A stretch of DNA of 41,411 bases from a virus (lineage: Duplodnaviria > Caudoviricetes). Positions 1 through 10,293 of the stretch are shown piece by piece; within the stretch, counting starts at the first letter, position 1; each line of letters starts with the position of its first letter. The position numbers and the translations under genes are program-made. The notes below the pieces were generated by a model, which worked only from the letters and a program-made list of their open reading frames with translations, ran no database searches and was not told the DNA's origin. The stretch covers positions 1-41,411 of IMG/VR virus record IMGVR_UViG_3300027798_000088; one strand, 5' to 3'.

Positions 1-1
1 A

Positions 2-49
2 GCTGACTATCTAGGTACTGTAACTATTGCTAACGCAGTATTCAGTTAA
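2..49 (+). CDS. 3' end of probable major capsid protein (T4 gp23-like), truncated by window start
   Basis: Frame 2 reads ADYLGTVTIANAVFS*, resembling C-termini of major capsid proteins of this phage type, and a strong terminator follows. Only 15 codons are visible. Confidence 0.5.
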   Translation, partial: ADYLGTVTIANAVFS

Positions 50-77
50 TCAACATACCGTAAGGTACGTTAATTAC

Positions 78-104
78 AAAGGACTCTTCGGAGTCCTTTC
101 TCTT
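78..104 (+). terminator. Rho-independent terminator with UUCG tetraloop
   Basis: AAAGGACTC-TTCG-GAGTCCTTT perfect stem followed by CTCTT. C(UUCG)G hairpins are typical T4-like terminators. A second hairpin (AACATACC-GTAA-GGTACGTT, 52-71) precedes it. Confidence 0.8.
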
Positions 105-111
105 GATCTGA

Positions 112-117
112 TAAATA
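112..117 (+). promoter_or_regulatory. T4-like late promoter core TAAATA
   Basis: GATAAATA directly after the terminator; the same core recurs before most structural genes. Confidence 0.7.
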
Positions 118-123
118 GTTTGT

Positions 124-188
124 ATGACTTACACGGGGTAAGTTTTATGCGGAAATCCAACCGCGTACGGTCTAGAACACCGTTTTTC
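124..188 (+). promoter_or_regulatory. Structured 5' leader: three consecutive hairpins plus a 5-codon mini-ORF (MTYTG*, 124-141)
   Basis: Stems 126-132/138-144, 146-152/161-167 and 167-171/179-183, followed by a T-run and then SD AAGGAG before ATG 205. Confidence 0.45.
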
Positions 189-204
189 TTAAGGAGAAAA
201 CAAA

Positions 205-600
205 ATGGGACGTCCAATTAATAAAAGATGGTTTGGTACAACAGGTACTGGTACAGGTACTGGTTTATTTACAGGCAACAACTTGCCTATTAGATTTAAA
301 CTAGGCGGCACAGTTTACGAAGGTTACATTACTAAGCAAACAGGTAGTAACCGTTATAAAGTAAGCACTGACGACGGCACAACTGCTACAGGTACTGTAT
401 ATTTGAAAAATGCAATTCTTCCAGCAACTAACGGTGATGCAGCTTTAGTAGGTATACTAACACCATCAGGTGGCGGAGTTTCAACAGTTCTTATTAGAGA
501 TTTAAGAAGTCGCATTGCTATTGACTATAGCGGTAATCGCTATAAGTGGACTTTACAAGATGACTCTACAGAAACATTAATTCGTTTAACAGCAATCTAA
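205..600 (+). CDS. Hypothetical virion protein following the major capsid gene (possible head decoration protein)
   Basis: 131 aa, SD AAGGAG, Gly/Thr-rich with beta-strand pattern, downstream of a late promoter. Confidence 0.6.
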   Translation: MGRPINKRWFGTTGTGTGTGLFTGNNLPIRFKLGGTVYEGYITKQTGSNRYKVSTDDGTTATGTVYLKNAILPATNGDAALVGILTPSGGGVSTVLIRDLRSRIAIDYSGNRYKWTLQDDSTETLIRLTAI

Positions 601-601
601 T

Positions 602-1672
602 ATGACTATAAAAGTAGTTAACGTCAGTGCCGGCGACTATAGGGTAAACGTCCAAAACGGCGGCACAATTACCTTAGATGTAGGTGATGCCATCTACAAC
701 GGCCGAGTTGTTATCACCGGTGACTTATTAGTTGCCGGTAATACAACAACTGTAGAGTCTGAGACAATGGTTGTTAAAGATAACGTTATTACTCTTAATC
801 ATGGAGAAACTGGGTCAGGCATAGGTCCGCTTGTATCAATGCCTTACCAGGCAGGTATTGCTATAGATAGAGGATCTCTTCCTGATGTATTCTTTGTGTT
901 TGATGAACAAGTGAATCATTTAAATGCGGCAGGTATTTCTACTCAAGGAACTTTTAAATTTAAAAATTCCTCAGACGCATTAGTTGGAATTCAAACACCA
1001 AGCATTAATACAGAAGGCCAAAATCTTTATTTAATTAACAGTGGTACAGGTTATGTTACAGTGACGGGTACTAATCAATATGAAAGACGAATATTAGATT
1101 ACGCAGCATGGGATGCAATCGGAAATCCTAGACCAATATATGATCCTGGGGTCATTGCATTGATTGCTGATGAAGATGGTCTAGTAAATGCACAGGCATT
1201 GGAAGACTATGTTGATGCAAAACTATATGCATTTAGGTCTGGTACTGCTATTGCAGAACTTGATACATCTGTAGAAACATTTGATAGTTCAGCAGGGCAT
1301 GCTCCTAGTAGAATTGTGTTTACAGTTGACGGCACTGAACGAGGACAATTTAATAATTCAGGTTTTGATGTAGACGATATTAACATACATCAAAACATTA
1401 TTACAACAAGAAATACAAATGCAGATCTAGTATTAAGATCAGCATCAGGGCTAATAGAATTAGATGGTTATTTAATTTTAAGAGATCAACCAATTGATAT
1501 TAATGTAGAAGTAGGCACAGCAAGTGTCTACACAAAATCAACCACAGGTGGCGGTGATACAGGTTTATATTTTGTAAATACAAAAGTTGACACAGATGGC
1601 TCATCTCTCAAAGTGTTACAAGACGAACTTGTAAGCAGAAGAAGAGCACTAGTGTTTAGTTTTATATTTTAA
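602..1672 (+). CDS. Fibre-like virion structural protein
   Basis: 356 aa; contains an L.V.G.TT.V.S....V.DN.I.LN..E...AGI.IDRG segment typical of phage fibre proteins; hydrophobic C-terminus RALVFSFIF. Confidence 0.65.
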   Translation: MTIKVVNVSAGDYRVNVQNGGTITLDVGDAIYNGRVVITGDLLVAGNTTTVESETMVVKDNVITLNHGETGSGIGPLVSMPYQAGIAIDRGSLPDVFFVFDEQVNHLNAAGISTQGTFKFKNSSDALVGIQTPSINTEGQNLYLINSGTGYVTVTGTNQYERRILDYAAWDAIGNPRPIYDPGVIALIADEDGLVNAQALEDYVDAKLYAFRSGTAIAELDTSVETFDSSAGHAPSRIVFTVDGTERGQFNNSGFDVDDINIHQNIITTRNTNADLVLRSASGLIELDGYLILRDQPIDINVEVGTASVYTKSTTGGGDTGLYFVNTKVDTDGSSLKVLQDELVSRRRALVFSFIF

Positions 1673-1681
1673 GGACAAAAA

Positions 1682-2014
1682 ATGGCAATTCAGAGTACAG
1701 CAATAGGAACAGGAAACACTGACTTATATGTCAGTAATGGCAATACGGCTGTAACCTGCATTTGGGTATGCAATACAGTTACCTATAATCCCGTAAGCCC
1801 AACAACTGGATTAACTTACTTAGACTTACACTTTGTTAAACAAGGTGACGGTATTACTACAACAAATTTAATTGTTAGTCAACTAGCTGTACCTGCAGGT
1901 GAAACGGTAACATTTGACACAGAAAAAATAATTTTAGATAATGGTGACAGAGTTGTTGCAAGTTCGGCTGCTCCTGCTAATCTAGTAGCAACAGTTTCAT
2001 CAATTGACGTATAA
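1682..2014 (+). CDS. Small beta-sandwich virion protein, paralog 1 of 3
   Basis: 110 aa, SD AAGGA; pattern I..CN...EKIIL..GD.V..S...A.VS shared with 9953..10282 and 23881..24210. Confidence 0.65.
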   Translation: MAIQSTAIGTGNTDLYVSNGNTAVTCIWVCNTVTYNPVSPTTGLTYLDLHFVKQGDGITTTNLIVSQLAVPAGETVTFDTEKIILDNGDRVVASSAAPANLVATVSSIDV

Positions 2015-2586
2015 TGAGATATCTTAAAAGAACTACTCTCAATAATAAGACAGTAACTGGAAACCGTGATCTATACATTGATCAAAGCGGTGAAGTGGTT
2101 ATTAACTTGCCATATAGTCTTACACTACCTCGCGGTAGCAATGAAGATCAAAGTCCTGACGATTCTACACTTCCGTCATATGTTAACGGAATGATTCGTT
2201 ACAATACAGACACTGAAGAATTTGAAGGCTATCAAGCTGGTGCATGGCGCAGTTTTAGATTTAAAGAACCTAGTAAAATTTTACTTCAAGATGCCGGCAC
2301 TGGTGATGCTGTAGAAACAGTGTTTTCATTAACACCTGATCCATTTACCTATTATGCAACTACTCAGTCAGACATGACATGGGACGCAGGACAGATGGCT
2401 AAAAATTTAGTTGTCTATGTAGGGCAGGTCCCGCAAGTTGGTACAATTAATTTTACAGTTGAACAAAGTTCCGCAGGTAGTTTAGCTGGACCTAACGCAC
2501 CTTATGCCGATGGTACCTATATCAAATTTGGTACTCCTCCTCCTAATACTCAAAAAATTTACGTGTTCCACGGATACGATCAATAA
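2014..2586 (+). CDS. Virion structural protein (fibre junction motif plus Ig-like C-terminal domain)
   Basis: 190 aa, TAATG overlap with the upstream gene; SLTLPRG...GMIRYNTDTEEFEGY..GAW motif also occurs in the C-terminal parts of the 1166- and 1262-aa proteins. Confidence 0.65.
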   Translation: MRYLKRTTLNNKTVTGNRDLYIDQSGEVVINLPYSLTLPRGSNEDQSPDDSTLPSYVNGMIRYNTDTEEFEGYQAGAWRSFRFKEPSKILLQDAGTGDAVETVFSLTPDPFTYYATTQSDMTWDAGQMAKNLVVYVGQVPQVGTINFTVEQSSAGSLAGPNAPYADGTYIKFGTPPPNTQKIYVFHGYDQ

Positions 2587-2595
2587 TTTAACCGC

Positions 2596-2601
2596 TAAAT
2601 A
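2596..2601 (+). promoter_or_regulatory. Late promoter core TAAATA
   Basis: GCTAAATA in the intergenic gap, followed by SD GGAG and ATG 2619. Confidence 0.65.
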
Positions 2602-2618
2602 TTGTATTGGAGCGATAA

Positions 2619-5600
2619 ATGCCTAGTACAGTTGGTAAAATTAATGGTCAGGTGCTTGAAAACAATCTACTTCGCAATGGCGTAGATCTAGCGTTTGATA
2701 CAGACTTAATATATCTTGATGTAAATAGTGGTCGTATTGGTATTAACACTGATACGCCTTTTAGACCATTACTGGTTAACGGTACACTAAGCTCAACTGA
2801 TGTGTTAGTTGACACTGGAACAATATCAAATTTTAGTTTTGCTTTAAACACAATTACTAACAATGCTAGTGAAATAATAATTTCAGCAACTGGTCCCGGC
2901 GCAACTATTACAGTTGGCGGCATAACAACAGATGGTATATCTATAGATGCCAACGGCATTAGATCTCTACGATCAAACGAAGATATTGATCTAACTCCTG
3001 CAGGTGCTGGAGAAATAAAATTATTAACTAATACTGAAGTTAATGGATCTGTTCATGTAACTGGCAATGTAACTTTTGATGGAAATATTGTATTTGGAAA
3101 TAATAATTTAGATTCAGTTTCTTTAAGTGCAGATATTAGTTCAAATATTAATCTTAATCAAACAGTCACTTATGATTTAGGTAATATCAATAGACGATGG
3201 AATAATTTATATACAGAACTAATAAATGGTAGCACTCTTACAGCAGGTGGCGCATTAATAGGTAACATAGACTTAGGTCTTCGCCATGGCAATACATGGT
3301 ATGTAGCTACTAACGGCAGCTCCGGCAATGTTGGAGATCATCCTAACGGTCCCTTTGACACTGTTGAAAAAGCTCTGTCAGTAGCCACGTCCGGAGATAC
3401 TATTTTAATATATCCCGGAACTTATTATGAATTATTACCGCTTACTGTGCCGGTAGGGGTTACTGTAAAAGGCATAGGAATTAGATCAGTAACAATTAAA
3501 CCTGATACTTCTAGTGGTGGTGAAAATGTATTTTTGCTCAATGGAGAAACAACCGTTGAAGATTTAACTGTTGCAGATTTTTTCTATGATAGTATTAACG
3601 ATACAGGATATGCATTTAGTTTTGCTCCAGGATTTATTGTAACAAGTCGCAGTCCTTATGTTAGAAACATAACAGTAATAACTACAGGCTCAATTACTAG
3701 TGGAACTGACCCACGAGGCTTTGCCGCAGGCGATGCAGGTAAAGGTGCTAAAGTTGACGGATCACTAGCCTTAGCCGGAACTAATGAAGCAAGTATGCTG
3801 TTTCATAGTTGTACGTTTATTACTCCGGGTGTTGCTGCTATAACAATGACCAATGGCGTCAGAATAGAATGGTTAAATTGTTTTACATACTTTGCTGAAC
3901 GAGGGTTATATGCAATACGAGGTACCGGCCGAGTAACACAAGACGGCAGTACACTAAGATACGGAGCAGAAATTAGGTCTATTGGCTCAGCAAATATTTA
4001 TGGCACCTACGGAGCAGTAGCTGATGGTGCAGATACATTAATGTATCTAATCAGTCATAATTTTGCATACATTGGACTAGATGGCAATAGCGAAAACGAT
4101 CCGTCATCGGCTATACAAGTTAACGAAGTTGTAGAACTTAATAGTGGAGTGGTACATTATCAAACCGTTGACCAGTCTGGAAATTATAGAATTGGAGACC
4201 TTGTAACAATTGAGCAATCTACTGGTAAAATTATTCTTAATTCTGTAGCAATCTCCAGCACAAACATAACAGTTACTGACGGAGTTACTTCAACTTATAT
4301 TGACGCTTTTGAAGTTACTACTGGTAATATTACTGTAAGTGGAAACACAATTCAAAGTAATACTGATGGAATGATACTAACTGCAGCTAACACTGATTTA
4401 GACGTAACATCAAATCTAACTGTTAATCAATCACTAACTGTGGAACAATTAGTTACATTGGATAAAAATGTAACTATTGGTAATAGTTCATCTGACACTA
4501 TCTATTTTAACTCTAGAGTAAATTCTGATATTATTCCTAACGCAAATAATCTTGACCTAGGAATAACTGCTAATCGTTGGACAACTTTATACACAACTCA
4601 GGCAACGTTTGATGATATTTTGATTAACACTAACTTTATATCAACTACTCAAAGTAATTCTAACTTAGAGTTCGGAGCCATTGGTACGGGCGTAATTAAA
4701 ATTGACGCACTAGATATTAATTCAAATACTATTTTGTCGACTGCAACAAATGCTGATATCAACATAAATCCAAACGGTACTGGAAAAATACAACTACTTA
4801 AAGATACTGATATTACAGGAAATTTATCAGTTACAGGTAATATAACTGTGGGCGGAAATATACAACTAGGGGATGTCGTAATAGATAGTATTGATCCTGT
4901 GGGCAAAATTGGCAGTGATTTAATTCCTAACACTACTGGCATTTACGATATTGGAAGTGCAATTAAAACGTGGCGTAATCTTTTTACGTCAAATCTAGTA
5001 ACAGACGACATAGAAATTAACGACAATTACATTAGAACTATAACATCTAATTCAAATCTTGAGTTAAGAGCTAACGGTACTGGTGTTATTAATATTAATG
5101 ATAGTTTGTCTGTAGTTCAAAATTTAACAGTTAACAGCACAACAAATTTAAAAAATACCGTAGTAACTGGAAATTTAACTACAAACGACCTATTAACAAT
5201 TACTAACAACTTAACTGCAACTGGATTTGCCTACGGCGATATTATATTTGCTGATAACTATATCACAACTACTTTATCTAATAGTAATTTAGAGCTACGT
5301 GCAAACGGCACTGGAAATGTGATGTTTGACAATGTATTACAGATAACCGGATCAACTATTTCAAACAGTTTAACTTCTGGAACAGAAGCTAATAGATCCA
5401 TTATTTTTAATCCTGCCAGCAGTCGAAATGTAGTTATACAAGGCACAAAAGCACTTCAACTTCCTATAGGTAATAATACTAATAGGACATTAACTACCAA
5501 CGGTGAAATTAGATACAACAATACAAGCTCTACGTTTGAAGGAAAAATTACAGGAAGAAATATTTCGTTATATAATTTATTTGACACTGACGGTAATACT

Positions 5601-6119
5601 GGTATAAGCCCTGAACTTACACCTGGGGCTAACGACAATACAATTAGAATGTATACAAACAACATATTGTCTGCAACAATTACTGCACAAGCAGCAACAT
5701 TTAACAGAATAATTGTAGATGAAATAGATATTAATAATAATGTTATTAGTACTATAAACCCCAATGCAAATTTAGAATTAGAAAGAAGTGGCACTGGAGT
5801 AGTTAATATTAAAAATAGTATTAACATAACAGACAATATCATAACAAATACTACAACTGATGCAGTGACTCAAATTGTTTCTACAAGCACCGGCTACGTA
5901 AAATTTGTAGGAACCGGAGCTATACGTATTCCCCACGGATTAACTGGACAACAACCAGTAACTGCTCCTATAGGGGCAATACGATATAATACTACTACAT
6001 CTACACAAGAAGTTTACGACGGTACTGCATGGATTGCTGCTGGAGGAATACTAGCTGCTGGTATTAGTGCCGAAGACATGGAACTAATAAGCGATTTATA
6101 CGGCCTAGTCTTTGGATAA
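2619..6119 (+). CDS. Large fibre protein A1 with a pectin-lyase-like beta-helix domain and N.NLEL.ANGTG repeats
   Basis: 1166 aa; WYVATNG...GPF.TVEKAL..A.SGDTI.IYPGTY.E is a beta-helix N-cap motif (DUF1565-like); repeated I..N.I....SN.NLEL...GTG units; collinear paralog of 6155..9943. Confidence 0.75.
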   Translation: MPSTVGKINGQVLENNLLRNGVDLAFDTDLIYLDVNSGRIGINTDTPFRPLLVNGTLSSTDVLVDTGTISNFSFALNTITNNASEIIISATGPGATITVGGITTDGISIDANGIRSLRSNEDIDLTPAGAGEIKLLTNTEVNGSVHVTGNVTFDGNIVFGNNNLDSVSLSADISSNINLNQTVTYDLGNINRRWNNLYTELINGSTLTAGGALIGNIDLGLRHGNTWYVATNGSSGNVGDHPNGPFDTVEKALSVATSGDTILIYPGTYYELLPLTVPVGVTVKGIGIRSVTIKPDTSSGGENVFLLNGETTVEDLTVADFFYDSINDTGYAFSFAPGFIVTSRSPYVRNITVITTGSITSGTDPRGFAAGDAGKGAKVDGSLALAGTNEASMLFHSCTFITPGVAAITMTNGVRIEWLNCFTYFAERGLYAIRGTGRVTQDGSTLRYGAEIRSIGSANIYGTYGAVADGADTLMYLISHNFAYIGLDGNSENDPSSAIQVNEVVELNSGVVHYQTVDQSGNYRIGDLVTIEQSTGKIILNSVAISSTNITVTDGVTSTYIDAFEVTTGNITVSGNTIQSNTDGMILTAANTDLDVTSNLTVNQSLTVEQLVTLDKNVTIGNSSSDTIYFNSRVNSDIIPNANNLDLGITANRWTTLYTTQATFDDILINTNFISTTQSNSNLEFGAIGTGVIKIDALDINSNTILSTATNADININPNGTGKIQLLKDTDITGNLSVTGNITVGGNIQLGDVVIDSIDPVGKIGSDLIPNTTGIYDIGSAIKTWRNLFTSNLVTDDIEINDNYIRTITSNSNLELRANGTGVININDSLSVVQNLTVNSTTNLKNTVVTGNLTTNDLLTITNNLTATGFAYGDIIFADNYITTTLSNSNLELRANGTGNVMFDNVLQITGSTISNSLTSGTEANRSIIFNPASSRNVVIQGTKALQLPIGNNTNRTLTTNGEIRYNNTSSTFEGKITGRNISLYNLFDTDGNTGISPELTPGANDNTIRMYTNNILSATITAQAATFNRIIVDEIDINNNVISTINPNANLELERSGTGVVNIKNSINITDNIITNTTTDAVTQIVSTSTGYVKFVGTGAIRIPHGLTGQQPVTAPIGAIRYNTTTSTQEVYDGTAWIAAGGILAAGISAEDMELISDLYGLVFG

Positions 6120-9100
6120 TCCAAAACAACTAAATATAAAAACGGTAGAAATTTATGGCAGTAGGTAAAATAACGGGACAAATGCTGGGCAACGCCAGCG
6201 GGAATCTAGAACGAGATGGTGTCGATCTAGTATTTGATAATGACTTAATTTATCTAGATGTCACTAACAGACGGATCGGTATTAAGACCACTAGTCCTAA
6301 TCACGAACTAACAGTTGACGGAACAACACGGTCTAATAATTTAGAAGCTACTAATTCTGCTACGCTAGGCAACATTGTAATTACAGGCGATCAAATTTAT
6401 AGTAATACTGGAGTTTTAAATTTTAATCTTGTCGGCGGCGGTCAAATTCTATATCAAAATAGATTACAAATAGACGATATACAAATTGAAGGCAATAGAA
6501 TTGCTACAGTTAACTCTAATGCAGATTTAGAACTAACTGCTAACGGTACAGGTACAATTAATTTAAATTCTAATGTAGAAATATTTGGAGATCTACACGC
6601 AACAGGTACTATTACTGCTGACGGTAATCTACAACTAGGTGATACTAACACTGATAACATTGTATTTAATGCTGACATAGCAAGTGATTTAATTCCAGAT
6701 CAAGATAATACTTATTCTTTAGGCAGTAGCAGTAATCGATGGGCAGATGTTTGGGCTAACAATCTATATGCCCCTATAGTTAGTACTGGACAAATTTCAG
6801 TTGCCGGAATTGACATAGGCCTTGAACAAGGCAATATCTACTATGTTGCAGTAAATGGTTCAGATAGTAATGTAGGTAAACATCAACAAAATCCGTTAAG
6901 TTCGATTGGCCGCGCACTTGAGCTAGCCACTGCAGGTGATACTGTTTATATCTATCCAGGAACATACAGCGAAACTTTACCATTAGTAGTACCTGTTGGG
7001 GTAACGGTTAAGGGTGCAGGCATTCGATCAGTTACTATTCAGCCAGACAGTGATATTACTGCTGATATATTTCATCTAAACGGTGAAACTACTGTAGAAG
7101 ATTTAACAATAACTGGCTACGAATATGATGTAGGGACAAATACAGGATATGCATTCCGTTTTGCGCCTAATATGACTGTAACTAGTCGCAGTCCTTATAT
7201 TCGAAATATTTCAGTTATTACAGCCGGTAGCACTGTTAGATTGCTGACAAATCCTGTTGATGATCCTCGCGGGTTTCTAGCAGGAGATGCAGGTAAAGGC
7301 GCATACATTGATGGTAGTATAGTTAATCCAGCAAGTAAAGAAGCTAGTATGCTGTTCCACTCTGTGACATTTATATGTCCAGGGGTTGATGCTATTACTG
7401 CTACTAACGGAGTACGAATAGAGTGGCTCAACAGCTTTACCTATTTTGCAGATAGAAGTTTTTATCTAACAAGTGGTTCAACTGGGTTTGCTGGGTCTAA
7501 CGGTGGAGATCCAAAAACAAGATTAAAAGTCTATGGTATCAGTGCAGCAACACTCAGCCCAGGCGATACAATTAGTATAGAAAATGTCAGTGTAAATCCT
7601 GCAACAGTTACAACTGGAACAATTGAAAGTGTTACTTATGATTCTCCTTATACCTATATTGTTCTAGACGGGAAAGTTACAGGATGGGAAACATCACTTG
7701 CTCCACCGGATACCGATAACCAACAGATAATTACATTTAGTCCAGGCGGACAAACCGCCAGTTACTTAGCTAATGTTGATTATTCAGATTTTGGAGTTGA
7801 ACTTCGCAGTATTGCATCAGCTAGTGTATACGGTAACTACGGTGCTGTAGGTGATGGATACGGAGTTATTGGGTACTTTGTAAGTCACAATTTTGGATAT
7901 GTAGGTGCAGGAAGATTCTCAGATAACGATCCAACATCGGTAATACAGGTCAATGAAATAGTACAGACAACTAGTGCTAGACTCTATTACACCAGTGTTG
8001 ACCACAAAGGCGATTATAGAGTAGGTGAATATTTTTACGTAAATCAAAACGACGGAACAATTACTTTTAATCCTAGTAGTCTTACTATTACTAGCCCAGC
8101 TGGAGTTACATTTACAGACGGCGTAAACACAACTATAATAGATCCTACAAAAGTTGAAACTGGTAATATTAGAATTAGTGGCAATACTATAGAAAGTACT
8201 ACTGGCGGTGTAACATTAACTGCAGCTAACAGTGAAATAACATCAACATCTAATGTTACAATTACTGGCACACTAAACGTAGTACAAGATGTTAATTTTA
8301 ACGGAACTACAATAATTGGTAATAGTAATAGTGACACTATCACTTTTATTTCACAGGTTAACAGTAACATTGTTCCTAACGCAACTACAACTTATAATTT
8401 AGGCTCAATAACTAATCAGTGGCAAAATATATATCTTTCTCAAGCAATAGTTGATGATATATCAATTAGTGGAAATGTAATTACCACTACAGTATCTAAT
8501 AGTAATTTAGAACTACGTGCCAACGGCACAGGTGCTGTACGTATTGACTCTCTTGATTTTAAATCTAATGTAATTTCGTCAAATGTAACAAATGCCGACA
8601 TTAACATTAATCCAAATGGCACGGGAAAAATACAGTTACTCAAAGACACTGATATTACAGGTAATTTGGGAGTTACTGGAAATATTATCTTAGGCGGCAA
8701 TATACAAATTGGCGATAACAGTTCTGATACTATTAATCTAGTTGGTAGTATTACTAACAACTTAATACCAAGTATAACTGGAAACTTTGACATCGGATCA
8801 AATAATCTAAGATGGAGGAACGTATACACCTCCAACATAACTGTTAATGATATTGAAATCAATGACAACTATATTCAAACAGTATCTTCAAACGCTAATC
8901 TTGAACTAAGTGCTAATGGAACTGGTATTGTAAGTATACCATCTAATAATGTAACTATAGATCAAAATTTAACAGTAACTTCTGGTACAACAACCTTAAG
9001 CAACACCATTGTTAACGGCACATTAACTGTAACTAATTTAATAGTTAATGCACCTGTAATTGCTAGTTCATTTGGAACTGGTGATATTGTAGTACAAGGT

Positions 9101-9155
9101 AATGTAATACAAACAACATTGTCTAATAGTAATTTAGAACTACGTGCCAACGGCA
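5277..9155 (+). repeat. Dispersed 34-bp repeat TCTAATAGTAATTTAGAACTACGTGCCAACGGCA
   Basis: Identical at 8495-8528 and 9122-9155; two mismatches at 5277-5310; encodes SNSNLELRANG. Confidence 0.85.
6131..6136 (+). promoter_or_regulatory. Late promoter core TAAATA
   Basis: ACTAAATA in the 35-bp gap between the two paralogs. Confidence 0.6.
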
Positions 9156-9943
9156 GTGGAGCAATTGCATTTGAAAGTTTAAGTATTAGTAGCAGTACTA
9201 TTTCTGGAACGGTAGCAGGGCAAGACATTGAACTTACTCCTAGTGGAACTGGTATTGTAAAAATTAACGGAGATCAATCACTGCAATTACCTGCAGGAAC
9301 AGACGGTGATAGACCGTCTGTTCCTGCTAGTGGTATGATTAGATTTAACTCTACTGCAAATAGGTATGAAGGTTACAATGGTTCTTACTGGTTACAACTC
9401 GGCGGCATCAGCGATGTAGATAGAGATACATATATTATTCCTGAATCAACACCAGGCGCAAATGATAACACATTGTACTTTTATGCTAATAATCAATTAG
9501 CAGCTACACTTGACAGTAATCAATTTGCTCCTAATAAGATTGTAGTTGATGATTTAGAAATTAACGGAAACGTTATTAGAACTACAACTACTAATACTGA
9601 CTTAGAATTGAGACCAAACGGCACTGGCGCAGTAGTTATAGATGGATTTAGAATTACTGCCAATACTATAACAAATTCTAACGCTAATGCAGTAACAGAA
9701 TTTAGATCAACCGGTAACGGTTATTACTATATTGTTGGTACTAATGCTGTAGTTATTCCTTCAGGAGGCAACAGCTCAAGACCTGGATCAGCACAAATTG
9801 GTATGATTAGATTTAATACAGATTTAGGACTTGTTGAAGCATGGGATGGTTCAAACTGGAGTTCTGTTGCAGGATCAGCTTCGGGTATTAGTTCAGCAAC
9901 AGCAAATGACATTGCAGCCACAATGGCTCTAATTTTTGGATGA
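6155..9943 (+). CDS. Large fibre protein A2, paralog of A1
   Basis: 1262 aa; same N-terminus (GKI.GQ.L...L.R.GVDL.FD.DLIYLDV...RIGI), beta-helix core (YYVAVNG...AGDTVYIYPGTYSE) and repeats; has an extra ~100-aa insert in the core; ends ATMALIFG. Confidence 0.75.
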   Translation: MAVGKITGQMLGNASGNLERDGVDLVFDNDLIYLDVTNRRIGIKTTSPNHELTVDGTTRSNNLEATNSATLGNIVITGDQIYSNTGVLNFNLVGGGQILYQNRLQIDDIQIEGNRIATVNSNADLELTANGTGTINLNSNVEIFGDLHATGTITADGNLQLGDTNTDNIVFNADIASDLIPDQDNTYSLGSSSNRWADVWANNLYAPIVSTGQISVAGIDIGLEQGNIYYVAVNGSDSNVGKHQQNPLSSIGRALELATAGDTVYIYPGTYSETLPLVVPVGVTVKGAGIRSVTIQPDSDITADIFHLNGETTVEDLTITGYEYDVGTNTGYAFRFAPNMTVTSRSPYIRNISVITAGSTVRLLTNPVDDPRGFLAGDAGKGAYIDGSIVNPASKEASMLFHSVTFICPGVDAITATNGVRIEWLNSFTYFADRSFYLTSGSTGFAGSNGGDPKTRLKVYGISAATLSPGDTISIENVSVNPATVTTGTIESVTYDSPYTYIVLDGKVTGWETSLAPPDTDNQQIITFSPGGQTASYLANVDYSDFGVELRSIASASVYGNYGAVGDGYGVIGYFVSHNFGYVGAGRFSDNDPTSVIQVNEIVQTTSARLYYTSVDHKGDYRVGEYFYVNQNDGTITFNPSSLTITSPAGVTFTDGVNTTIIDPTKVETGNIRISGNTIESTTGGVTLTAANSEITSTSNVTITGTLNVVQDVNFNGTTIIGNSNSDTITFISQVNSNIVPNATTTYNLGSITNQWQNIYLSQAIVDDISISGNVITTTVSNSNLELRANGTGAVRIDSLDFKSNVISSNVTNADININPNGTGKIQLLKDTDITGNLGVTGNIILGGNIQIGDNSSDTINLVGSITNNLIPSITGNFDIGSNNLRWRNVYTSNITVNDIEINDNYIQTVSSNANLELSANGTGIVSIPSNNVTIDQNLTVTSGTTTLSNTIVNGTLTVTNLIVNAPVIASSFGTGDIVVQGNVIQTTLSNSNLELRANGSGAIAFESLSISSSTISGTVAGQDIELTPSGTGIVKINGDQSLQLPAGTDGDRPSVPASGMIRFNSTANRYEGYNGSYWLQLGGISDVDRDTYIIPESTPGANDNTLYFYANNQLAATLDSNQFAPNKIVVDDLEINGNVIRTTTTNTDLELRPNGTGAVVIDGFRITANTITNSNANAVTEFRSTGNGYYYIVGTNAVVIPSGGNSSRPGSAQIGMIRFNTDLGLVEAWDGSNWSSVAGSASGISSATANDIAATMALIFG

Positions 9944-9952
9944 TAAAATAAT

Positions 9953-10282
9953 ATGGCAACGTTTTTTAGAACTAAAGTAGTTAAAAATATCGGATCAGCA
10001 GCAGTAGACGTATTACAAACTGTTGATAATAATAGATTTACCATTATTGGTTGTAATCTTGCAAACACTACAGATGAGATTGTAACTATTAGTATTTTTA
10101 TAACTGACTCTTCAAGTACTACCGGTTATTATGCTAACAATATATCAATAGCTCCATATAATAGTCTTAAGATGATAACTAATGGAGAAAAATTAATCCT
10201 AGCAGAACAATGCGGATTGCGTATTATATCAGATACTGACAACAGCGTAGATGCAGTAATCAGTTACGCTGAAATTATATAA
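9953..10282 (+). CDS. Small beta-sandwich virion protein, paralog 2 of 3
   Basis: 109 aa; TIIGCNLAN...GEKLIL...DAVISYAE, similar to 1682..2014. Confidence 0.65.
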   Translation: MATFFRTKVVKNIGSAAVDVLQTVDNNRFTIIGCNLANTTDEIVTISIFITDSSSTTGYYANNISIAPYNSLKMITNGEKLILAEQCGLRIISDTDNSVDAVISYAEII

Positions 10283-10293
10283 GGAGCAAAATT

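Noticed and set aside
121-190. Known riboswitch (for example c-di-GMP-I) in the leader
   Set aside because: It lacks the characteristic GNRA tetraloop/receptor and conserved junction residues; it is kept only as an unassigned structured leader.
27-221. 64-aa ORF in the ORF track
   Set aside because: It has a TTG start without SD, crosses the capsid stop, terminator and promoter, and overlaps the well-supported ORF at 205.
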